Source of the DNA: Chrysomallon squamiferum
Taxonomy: Eukaryota; Animalia; Mollusca
Direction: 5' to 3'
NCBI GenBank assembly: GCA_012295275.1
Contig: CM022672.1
Coordinates: 19,220,001-19,284,000, forward strand
DNA length: 64,000 bases
Program-made: the position numbers and the translations under genes
The notes under the pieces: model-generated
Told to the model about the DNA's origin: nothing
Databases searched by the model: none
The model's input: only the letters and a program-made list of their open reading frames with translations
Shown here: in pieces, positions 12,170-61,434 of the stretch
Numbering within the stretch: the stretch's first letter is position 1
Layout: the number at the start of each line of letters is the position of its first letter

Positions 12170-15100
12170 ATGGCAAATCGGAACAGGAATGCTATGAATG
12201 ACACAAGGCGATGGAGTGGTGGAAGAAATTATGGTCCTGGAGTATATCAAGCAGAGAACACAAACTTTGGACCAGCTAATAGATACAGGTCTGACCTTAA
12301 CACCAGATTATCATATGACTCTAGTGATCGCAGAAGGTTATTGGATGATGATTTTAGGTAATTCTGTCCATGGTATTTGGAACATGGTTGTGTAAGCCAA
12401 CAAGGAGCAGATTTTTCTCTGCTTTAAAGACAGTTACATGGTGGAGTCCTGTATGGATGTTTTCAAGTGCAATGTCTTTTGATTCCTTGTACTTTTCAAT
12501 ATGGGACTCTGGTTGTTGCTGTGTGGATCTTGCATTATATTGGTGAAACAAATTTCATTTCTTTCATATACAGTTCCTTCTAAATATAAATACAGGTTGA
12601 GAGTCATTTATCCTAAATTCTTAGAAACAAAAACTGTATATGAAGTCATTTTTCTCCAGCTTGGAAAAAGTTTCCGATTTTTAAATTTTGGATAAGGGAC
12701 ATAAAATAAGTGAGGTAGGAAAATATTGATCTACATATAATTACAAAACTTAAGCTTTTTTTTTTTTTTTTAGCAGTTACAATCGTCCACGGCAGGATGG
12801 ATCCTCAGATGATTTGCTAGGAGGAAGACGATCTTTACTCAGTGGTGACAGCCTCTACAATGACCCTCTTTCAATTCAGGAGCAGCTGGCACTCAGGGAA
12901 AGTCAGCTTGCAGCAGCCAGCAGTTTGCTCAAACGTCAGAGTGATCTTATTGCTGGTGTGGGACTGATGGGAATGACAGGGATGGGACTGAATGAGTCAG
13001 ATGTTCGCCATCCTGGAGGAATGCGCAGCAGGAGTCGAGAAACTGATGCTTTAGGAAAACGGAGGAGTTCAAGCTTGGGCCTCGGTGCAAAACGCAGACG
13101 ACCAGGGTCAAGGGTATGTATTTAAATAAACTTGTAAATTAGTGTTTTTAGCACGACTGTCTATAGAAAGATAGAACCTTAACCTTGTGTATTTTTTTTT
13201 TTTTTTTATTATTTCAATTTTTATTTTTATTTTTAATAAAGTTTTTTTTTTAAGGAATTAACAATCTCACCTGGTAAATGTTATTAATTATTTGCCTTCA
13301 GTAGCATTATCTCATTCTGACATTTTGATTCCTACTTCATACACTCTATATATCTACTTCCAGTACAGTTTTACTTTGGAATTTTAGGGCATTTGTATAT
13401 TTTATAGATCAAAAAACGTTGGACTTCTACATACTAATTGTTAATTTTAGACTTTATGTTAGACCACATCATAAATATAAAAAATTATCAAAACGTTTTA
13501 TCAAAGTCATTTCAGAAACTTACAAATCCTGAGGCATTTGTTATTTATTAACATCAAATTTAATAATTTTAAAGGATATTAATACATCTTCTTATTTTTT
13601 TTAAGGATGATATAGGTTCTGTACTTCGTAATTGGCTTTTGCATCTTTTTTATTATTTTCTTTGTAAATTTTATGATAGCAAATTCTTCTGTGTTTTTAG
13701 TCATCTATTTAATACAGATGCCCAATGGACAATAAATGTAAACAAGGACACTTATGTTTGTTTTCTTTAAAATTGTAATGCATTTTTATTGACCTGATTC
13801 TGTTATTTATTTACAGATGCTTATTTATTTATTTTTTATTTTTTGTTTTATTATCAACATGAGATCAAATAGTTTCAGTTATAATTGAAGATAAATAACT
13901 GAACTTGATTCAGCATGTTAATTATCAACATTTATTGTCTGTGGTATTTTTTAAAACTAATTTCTGTATATGTAGTAACTGTATTTGCATACATGTTTAT
14001 TCTGTAGTTTTGTAATTATTCTTAGTACTATAGGTAAGTAAGAAATTCTTCATAAGCACATACTTTATTATGAATGTTATTCCAAAGTGAAAAAGTGTGA
14101 GTTTTGCTACATATGTGATGTCTGTTATAATTTGTTGTGCTCGGTTAGAAATTAAGATACTGCTATTATGTTAATTAATGTTGAATAGTTAACCAAGTAT
14201 ATTTTATTTAAAATTAAAAAAAATATAATTATGAATATATACATATAACAGAAACTATAATCCATCTACATTTAGCATTAAATATAAAAAATATATTAAA
14301 GATAGACCTGAAAGTTTGATTTAATGAATTGACCTTTTTGAGAGATCATCTAGATTGATCACTATGTCTCTAGAAGCCTTGTTTGTGACAGTAACTGATT
14401 TGAAGATAAAAATGATATTATGTCTTTACTGAAGACAAATATTTAAGATGTTTGAAATCTGAAGCCTTCAGGCTTGTGGCCTGCCCAGTGCCAGGTATGG
14501 TGAAGGAGAGATAATAACCTGCTGTTTTGATAAATGAATAGATGAAGAAAATGCAGAGAATGCTACTGATGATGATGTGGTAAACATCATTCAGTAGCTT
14601 GTCAACCAGCATAAATTTTGGTTATTTATACCTGTACATGGATGGTGTGTATGCAGGAATAGAAGATGATGGGGTTTAGTATATATGATTAAGCACTTAC
14701 TGGTTCTGTAAGTTACAGAGAAAGAAAAATTAATTTTAAAGAAATGAGAGCTTTGTTAGGCTTCTCATGCTACAAGTTACAGCTGACTTGTGATGGCATT
14801 CGAATGTCAGAAGAAACAGGTTCCACTGTGTTGGTTCCTGCCAGTGTGCCATGAGTCAGGGGCTGGTCTATGACTCACTTCTGCAATGTTGCAATTTGAA
14901 TGGTTTCAGTCGCCCCTGAGAGGGAATCGAGATGGACATCAGCGTGGCAGATCCCAGCGTGATGCAGGTGGAAGAAGAGCTGTTGGTAGAAGTCGAGTTG
15001 ATCACCTACCTCGTCCAGGTAACAACCCCATAAATGTGATGAAGTCCTGTATTGGCATGGGCTCACTGGTAGGTTACAGGATGCAATGTTATTATGTTGC

Positions 15101-18100
15101 TGTTTGAATCACATCCCAGTCATCTTTTGAAGAAATGTCTTTGACACAGATGTATGCTAGAAAACATACTGCTTTGAAGATGTATCTAACCATTCAGTTT
15201 AAAAAAAAGAGAAAAAAAAAAGAAAAAGATCAAAAAGAGAAAGAGAAAGAAAGAAAAAATTAAACAAATTCTTGAAATCTGAAAAACAGCAATACAATAA
15301 TACCATTATTCATGAAAAGGGTCTATTATATTACTTTTTACTAGATATCTTAATATATATATATATTTTTTATTATTATTATTATTATTATTACTTTTTC
15401 CCTTCAGTATTGCTATTGATGAAGTATTTAATTATGTTTCTACTGAAAATGATCTAATTCACAACTAGTAATCCAGAAGAAGGCAGGTTCTACTAAAAGA
15501 TTTTTAATTAAATTATTTCTAAATAACACAATTTTTTGTTTTTATAAAATAGTTTTGTGTCAGCAAAAATAACATAAAACTAGTTTATAGGTTGTTTCAC
15601 CTTTGTTCAGATATTGAAATAAATTAGTATATTAATACGTTTTAATTAGATATGTTAGTGTGTTTCTGAAGGTTTGTAACTGCTTATTTATTCCATAATG
15701 TAAAACAAAATAAACAAACATGTTTGAAATATGTTTCATTAAGATATTATTATTATTATTATTATTATTACATCTTTGTTTCATTGATAAATCTGTTAAA
15801 ATATCTTTCTGCAGTTTTTTAAAATGTTTTATTCCTTGTAGTCTTTTGTCTCAACAATGTTATTCAAATATGTATCATAATTCAGGAAGGAATATTATCT
15901 GTTTAAAAAAAAGTGCTATTCACATGTCATAACCATGTTTATTTTGTGTTATTTCTAGTATTTGAATACATTAGAATTTTATAAAATGTCTTAATCAGTA
16001 ATGGGCAATTTTTGTTATTGTTAATAATAGTTACATATGCATCTTTATGTTTCTAAACATGTGGTGCATAATTAACCCATTAAAAACTACATTGAAACCC
16101 ATCTTTATGAGAGAAAAAAAAAAAAAATGTGTGTGTGTATATATTAAGATTTATTAAGATGTAATTAGTAATATAGACTTATTAAATTATTTTATATGGT
16201 GTTGTTTTATCTCAATTATCTGAAGTTTAGGTTTTAAAATATTCACTGTTGTTGTTATCTAATGCACATACTTTTTCCATTAATTACATGAATAAACCAA
16301 AAACATTCTTGTTAAAAATTAAAATAACAAACAGCTCAGAACTCAGAAACTAAAATAAAATATGGAACAGTGATTAAGCCTTTGTCAATAATTTGATTAA
16401 GTAATATTATAATTAATCATTTTTTTTATTTCTTTTTTTTTTACATTTAGATGTTTTAACATACATGTATGTAATAATTTAATTTAATTCCATTGAAGTT
16501 TTGTTTATCATTCAGGTTTTTCGTTTTAGTGTTTATTAAATTTGGTAAAAGTCAGAACTTTCTCTGTTTGTCACTATTTCGAGTTTCTTTTCAATTTTTG
16601 GAATTAACATTTTTAGTAGAACCTGCACATTCTTAGAGTTTCATAATGTCATGATATCTTTGACCATGATATCTTTAGTCAGGCAATATTACTTGGAAAT
16701 ATTTGATCAGTATTTTTGCTAAAATTATTTCAGTTATGTTAATGAGGAGGGGAAAATGAAAATGTTTTCGTAACCATTTCTTTGGCCTTTTAAATCAGTT
16801 TTTTAATGCATTCTTGACCAGTGAGATACGTATCAGAAACAAACAAAAACAACAATAATCTAAAGTAATCTGGGACAAAAATATTAAATTAACAAATGGC
16901 TGAATTTATAATTAATACTTCTTTTTTCTTCTTTTTTTTCATTATTATTATTAAGGTGACCTTTTTTTATTTATTTATTTTTTTTGTTTGTTTGTTGATA
17001 TTATCCAAATTATTACAGCTCCTGAAAGATAACATATTAGGCTAGACAGAAAAATAGCACTAAATGTTTTTTTTGTAAGATTTATGCTAATCTTGTTTCG
17101 ATATTTCATTATACAGGGAGGGAAGACACTGTGCATACTATATTAAAGAACACATTATTTTAGAAGAATGAAAATTGTACAAAAATTAACATGGACACTT
17201 ACTTGATAAATTATATTAATAATGAACTGATTTTGATTTTTAGGTCGAACAACAAAATGTTACAACTGTGGTAAACAGGGTCATTTAGCTGACAAGTGTC
17301 GCAAGCCCCACAACAGAGGTAATATTTAGTCCTTTAAAAAAAAATATATATAAAATATTAATTAATAAATATATCTGTTACACTGTTTTATTTCAAAACA
17401 AACATATTTGAAATATCATTTTTATTTATTTATTTATAAAATTATTATTATTATTATTTTTTTTTGTAATCTATATCAGTTAAAAATATTTGATAATAAT
17501 TTCTTATTTATTTTTTAAAATGCTTTTTTTTATACTTTTTATTTTCACTACTAATACATGTTTTATTTTATGTTTTTTTTTTTTTTTATTATTCTCTTCT
17601 TTTTTCTTTCTTCTATAGATATGCGGAAGTGTTTTACCTGTGGTGAAATTGGGCACAAATCTAATAGTTGTCCTTATCAAAATGAAAAGGTATGTTGATA
17701 CTACTTAAAATTTTGGCTTTTATACTTAGTATATTTTTGTGGAAGATAAAATAAATAAAATAATGATTAACAGTAATGAAATTTTTGCCATGAAAGTTTT
17801 AAATAGTGTTGAAAAACCAAGATTATCATTGTATAGATTAATAAATGACAGAATTATTAGTTCAAATGTTTATCCACAGTAAATAAGTACATCTTTACGT
17901 ATTTTTATTTTTATTTTTATTTTTACATATATGTGACATCGCTAAATTCATTGATAATTTATGCCAGCAAACTTTCTCCGATTGATATAAATTTAACTGA
18001 TTTTTTGTTATTCTTTAGCAGGAAATCAAACACGAGACAGTTTATTTGTGCAAGGCCTGTGATTTGAAGTGTGAAAATGAATCAGTGAGTAAAATGTTTT

Positions 18101-19803
18101 AATTGCTTCTTCTTGTAGCATTTTGTGCCTCGTTTCTTAAGCTTTTTAGAGATTGCTAATGTTATAATGGAAATTCTAGTGTGTTGGAAAATGTTTTCAT
18201 CAGTGTAGTACACTGGTTGGATGTGTCTGCTTTTACAATATTTATATTTTTAGAAGAGATTCAGAAGAAAAAATGTTTTAGCTGGGTCAAATTTTATTAA
18301 TATTACATTTGTATTTTCAGTTTATATTCAGTAATTTTTCTCGTTGTACATGAGTATTAAAATATAGACTTTAGAAATACAGTACATGAAATGACTGATC
18401 TTTCTAGGCTTATGAAGATCATAAAAAAGATAAGAAACACATAAATCGCATGGAAGAAATTGACAAGATGGATGATGAAGAGAAGAATAAGATTCTGGAA
18501 AAAATTAAAAAACAAGAAATTCTCATTGCTGAAGAAAAGAAAAGGGAAGAGTAAGTGAACATTTATTATATTTTAGATGGAAACATAACTGATGTAAGAA
18601 TTAGGAGCATCAATGATAAAACAAAAATGTTCTTATATTATGATTAAGCATGAATATATCCCCCAAAAAATATTTTTACTTTTGGGTTCTAATTATAAAT
18701 ATTTTATTACCTACATTTAAATTAAGTCTTGAAGTGTGAAAAAATAGCTTAAATAATAGTTTTATATATCTAAGTAGATAATATATTTTTTCTTAGTTTT
18801 ACTGTAGGTGATTGACCTGGTTGTAAATTACAAAATAAAGTAAAATAATAATGTCATTTTCTGAGATTCACAATAAAAAATTTAAATTAATTATTATTCT
18901 TACTATTTATTTCATTTATTTATTTTTTATTTACTTTATTTTTACCATTTGTATGACTGTGTTTATAATATTTTATATATTTTGTCAATTTTTAGGGAGA
19001 GAGAAAAACGACGTGAAGCTCGACACAAAAAAGAATCAAGTAAAGAAAGAACAAAAGAATACACATTGTCCAGCATTGAATTAAGAAAGGTGTTTATTAA
19101 AATGAAGTACTTTGTCATTGTACTCTTGCATTAATGAATGAATTTTTTCTTAAATGCACTCTGACTGATAAACTTGATACATTTGGTATCAGTATACTAC
19201 ATACATTAAGTAAACTATCTTTTAAGTTTAGATTAAAAGAATAAATCAGAGTATTGCGAGGGATCAAAATAATTGTAGTGGATCTTAAAGAATATATTAT
19301 TAGAGTAGCAATTTGTCAATTGAATACATTTATATGTTTCAAATTTTTAATTATTATTTCAGTGATTTTTTTTTTTTTTCATCTCGAACAAAATCATAGC
19401 TTTTAAGAAAAATTTTAGATCCACCTGTTTTTATCATTTATGTTTATGAAAACCAAGATATGTTTTATTTTTCAGCCAAGCAAAATGTTTTTCTCTTAAA
19501 ATATATTTTTCATACTGTTAAATTGTTATTAGAATGTTAAAATAGGCTTATACTACAACTAATTAAATCTAAATGTGTTTTCTTCCAGATATATGACCAA
19601 ATTCCCTCTCATGACAAGGACACACCAGTCGGTAAGACTGTTATAGCACATGTTACAGTATTTCTGAAGCTACAATACGTGTGATAATTTCTGTAAAATA
19701 TGTTCATGGTACATAATTATATGCTGTGGGTTTTTTTCATTATTATTTTCATTAACTTACTTAAAAAACACTATTCAAATAGTATTTTAGGACCTGAAAC
19801 TAG

Positions 19804-19841
<38 letters not shown>

Positions 19842-21104
19842 TTTTTTGCACAAAATAATGAAGATCTTACTGTTCAATTTTACAGGTGTGGATTTTGTTA
19901 TGGCTGTGACTGGTTTCTTTTGCAAACTTTGCAACAAGTTTTACAAGAAAGAGACCACAGCTAAAGTTGATCATTGCTGCTCTGTGTCTCATTATCATCT
20001 CTGGAAGGTAACATATAAAATATTCGTAACAGAATTATTGTTTTGGTGGTTGTTGGGTTTTTTTGACAGATACTTAATTTTAATCAGATGTTGCAGTCAG
20101 TTGTTAAAAATAAACAGCTGTATAATTTTTCTGAATATTCAGTGTATTCTTTTTTATTTTTTATCTATACTAATGCATTTGTAAAAACAGTGGTTTCCTT
20201 ATGCATATTTTTATTTTAAAATTCTGGGTGATAAAACAGTAAAAATAAATAAAAGACAATGCTTTGAAAAAAAAAAAAAAAAATACTTGCTATACATTGA
20301 TTAAAAAAAAAACATTTAAGGCCTTTTTGGTTATAATTGTTAGGAATGCTTTGAGTATTTTTTTAAAATAAAGTAATTTTATTTCTGTTTTTAATTTCTG
20401 TTCTTGACAACATCATAAAGGAAACTGCATTGTTAAACATTTAAGTTTTGTGACTTTCTTTTTGATGTTACTTTGGTTTTATTTTATAAATCTTTCAGGA
20501 ATTTTATTATTATTATTATGATTATTTGTTAAAATTTAAACATATAACCAAATTCAGTAATTACCGTGTTTATCAAAGGATTTGTTTTCATCTCCCACAG
20601 AAAGCACAAGTAGAGAAACTGAAAGAGGAGGCAAAGAAAAAGGCAGAGGAAGAGGCTGCAGCCAAGGAAGAAAAGGAAAAAGAAGCAAATGAAGAAGACA
20701 GAGATGTCAAGGCAGAGGATAATACAGAAACAAATTCTTCAGAAAGTGCCAGCAAAGTGACTGATGAAGTGGTAGATGACAAGGAAGAATCCAGTACCAG
20801 TGAAATGAAACAAGATGAGGAGAGTCATCAAGAAGATTTGGAAATAAACGGTGTTGATCAGAACTCATTTGATCAGCATCTCCAAGTGTTGGACGAGTTC
20901 CCTTCCAAAACAGACTTGAACGAAGAAAGCAATATGGTTGTTGAGGAAAATGAAGCTGATGTCAATCCAGATGGGACACCGTCTTTAGAACCTGCAGAAG
21001 AAGGTGATAATGCTAGTTGCACAGTGGAGCAGAATGAAGAAAATCCTCCTGAGGCAGATGGTCAGTCTGTGAAAAATGATAATGATGACGCTTCAGAAAA
21101 CTGA
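12170..21104 (+). CDS. Gene B: Pep/CIZ1/Matrin-3-like zinc-finger protein with two CCHC knuckles and an acidic tail (about 584 aa)
   Basis: Exons 12170-12357, 12774(12777)-13113, 14910-15018, 17244-17318, 17619-17689, 18019(18022)-18084, 18408-18550, 18996-19089, 19589-19631, 19886-20007, 20601-21104; GT-AG, phases consistent, 1755 nt open to TGA. Motifs: CYNCGKQGHLADKC, CFTCGEIGHKSNSC, CKAC-x12-HKKDKKH, and PVGVDFVMAVTGFFCKLCNKFYKKETTAKVDHCCSVSH, which closely resembles the Matrin-3/CIZ1 C-terminal finger. Confidence 0.85.
17244..17689 (+). CDS. Gene B: two CCHC zinc-knuckle exons (17244-17318, 17619-17689)
   Basis: Each exon encodes one canonical C-x2-C-x4-H-x4-C knuckle; phases 1-1 and 1-0. 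Confidence 0.88.
19589..20007 (+). CDS. Gene B: matrin-type C-terminal zinc finger (exons 19589-19631, 19886-20007)
   Basis: IYDQIPSHDKDTPVG|VDFVMAVTGFFCKLCNKFYKKETTAKVDHCCSVSHYHLWK matches the PVGxDxV..GFxCKLC..FY......K..HC.S..HY pattern of Matrin-3/CIZ1/ZNF638. Confidence 0.85.
20601..21104 (+). CDS. Gene B last coding exon: E/K-rich helix and acidic tail
   Basis: Acceptor ctcccacag|AAAGCA at 20600; ORF 20526..21104; TGA at 21102-21104. Confidence 0.88.
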   Translation, partial: KAQVEKLKEEAKKKAEEEAAAKEEKEKEANEEDRDVKAEDNTETNSSESASKVTDEVVDDKEESSTSEMKQDEESHQEDLEINGVDQNSFDQHLQVLDEFPSKTDLNEESNMVVEENEADVNPDGTPSLEPAEEGDNASCTVEQNEENPPEADGQSVKNDNDDASEN

Positions 21105-22377
21105 AAACAAACTACTGTTATAAGTCCCGAAACAAAATGAAAATTGAACAAGTTAATGTATGAGAGAAACTTTCATTATTATTATTATTATTTTTTTTTT
21201 TTTTTAAGAATTTGTTCATAATAATTGTTATAAAAAAAATAATATTTTATTTATGAATGATATTCATTAAATATTTTTACAGACAGTTACAAGATACGTT
21301 TTAAAATAATAATAATAATAATGTTATGGAAAAGGGCTATAAGTTGAAAATTGAATATCTTAAAAATCATGAACTCAGAAATAAAAAACACATTTGGGTA
21401 AAGAAAGATATTTTGATTCAGATAAAAAATATTTAAGATTAATCTCCCTTCACATGTTGAAGAAAGTAATCTTCCACAAAGGAATTAAATTTCCTACACT
21501 GCCCTTTTTTTGTTTTTTTATCTTATTTTTCTTAATAAGCCTGTACATAACTCTTTAGTTTTCATAATAAAATACACAATGTTTACTGGTAATTCTGTGG
21601 CTGAGTTAAATAAAATGCACCTGTCCTGTGAATAAATGGCAAAGTAGATGTCTTTCCTACAACAAAAAATTTTCTTTATAAAAATACAAATTTTAATTTC
21701 CAAAAAGAAAAAAAAAAAAAATTTATTAATAAAATAAGTAAATAATTATCCAAAACTTTTATGTCATCAGTGCATGCTTATATACACACATGTATATTGC
21801 AGAGTGCCAGTTCTTTTAATCATATATTCTCACACTGAAATTTTGTAATAGATATTTCATAATCGACATTCACTGGATGATATATTGAATTTACTTTTCT
21901 TTAATGCTGTTGCTTTTATTATTATTATTATTATTATTATTATAAGGTGCAAGATAACACCTCATCTAGTGCTCATACCCGGCTGGCAGGAGTCTTTATT
22001 TTAGAAATTTCTTTTACACATGTCCTTGATTTATTATTACTTACATAAAAAAAAAAAACATTTATTGTACCTACTATTCTTGGAAGTTAACATTGTGTCA
22101 TTGTTTAGGACTATATGTTAAACAGAGTTTGGAAATATATAAAAGATACCAAGAATTTTTGGCATAATTTTTTCAGGCCTAGAATGGTATTCTAAGAATA
22201 TCAGTTTAACCAGTTACAGCTGGTTTAGATTTCACAGGAAATTGTTATTATTTTTTACATTCTCCTTGTTTTTAATCTTGTTCATGTTACATATTTGACC
22301 AAAAATTTGTTCAGTTTTTAACAAATTATTAAAAATCATTTTAATCATACATTGCATTTGAATATTATTTGTTATGC

Positions 22378-22460
22378 AATAAAATGTGGAAAGATATAAA
22401 GCAGTTAATAATGTTCATCTGTGTTGTTTTTTTTTGTTTTGTTTTATTGTTTGTTTGGGG
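22378..22460 (+). terminator. Probable polyadenylation signal of gene B
   Basis: AATAAA at 22378-22383 followed about 35 nt later by a long GT/T-rich downstream element; implies a 3'UTR of about 1.3 kb. Confidence 0.5.
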
Positions 22461-22537
22461 TTTTGGGGATGGTTGGGAATTATGGTTCTTGTTGTTTTTT
22501 TTTTTTTTTTTTTAAAACATTAAATAGTAATAAATAG

Positions 22538-22570
<33 letters not shown>

Positions 22571-23299
22571 CCAGCAGCCAGTTATATTAATTAAAATCTT
22601 AAGAATGCCAAAAATCCTAAATTATAGAAATTTGAAAGATGTAGTTGTTTCAGATTTCAGAAGAATACATATTGAAAATTTAATATATGGAGAAACAAAA
22701 ATGTATATAATAGAGATCTGTTGCTTGGATTGCAGCATAATAAACAGTCAGTTGTTGTATTTGAACTGTTTCCTTTTTTTAGTAAAGAATAAATATGGCT
22801 TTAGAACAAAAAGTAAGATGTTATTAAATGTATATTAATTTATTATTTGGTAATATTGGTATTCAGTAATCAAATGGCTTAAATTATCCGAAAATAGAAT
22901 GTTTAGACAAATTCAGTGGAATAACGTTTGGTTAAACAGAATAATTAAAGAGTAGTGAATATGTTTAAATTAAATGATTTAAAAAAAAAAAAAAAAGTAT
23001 TGATGATCTACAGTAATAAAAGTAATTTTTTTTTGTATTCTGATGCTGAAAAAAAAATTCTATTATTGAAAATAGTAGCTTACTTAAAATAATATTTCCA
23101 AATAACAATGCACTTGATTTAAACTTAGAGGTTGAATTACATTAAATAAAGAAAAAAAAATTATAATTTTTTTTTTTTTACGTTTATTACATTTTATTAA
23201 TAATTATTTAATTTTGTTACAGAAATTCACTTAACATTAGTAGTTTAGGTACACAATATCGTCAATGAAAACTAGTTTGGTATATAGCAACCATTATGA

Positions 23300-23461
23300 T
23301 TATCTGGCTGCTTCGGTTAAGTTCGTATTTGAGTAACGGAAATGATCGGACAAACTGCGCATGCTCATAAACCCATTTAATACGAAAAATGGAGAAACAC
23401 CCGTACAAGCGCTGACGTATACGGGTATCTCCGTTTTCAGTAGTGATCGAATTCCTTAATA
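23300..23461 (+). promoter_or_regulatory. CpG-rich promoter/5'UTR of gene C
   Basis: CpG-dense patch in AT-rich DNA with an NRF1-like TGCGCATGCTCA (23356), ETS-like CGGAAAT (23337) and CRE-like TGACGT (23413), directly upstream of ATG 23462. Confidence 0.6.
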
Positions 23462-61367
<37,906 letters not shown>

Positions 61368-61382
61368 TCTCATTGATAGTTT

Positions 61383-61434
<52 letters not shown>

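Noticed and set aside
17244-17689. Retrotransposon gag remnant
   Set aside because: The knuckles are on two intron-separated exons in frame with gene B, with no protease/RT or LTRs nearby.
22495-22568. Poly-T followed by poly-A forming an inverted repeat or retrocopy tail
   Set aside because: Homopolymer tracts are ubiquitous in this window; no TSD or retroposed body.
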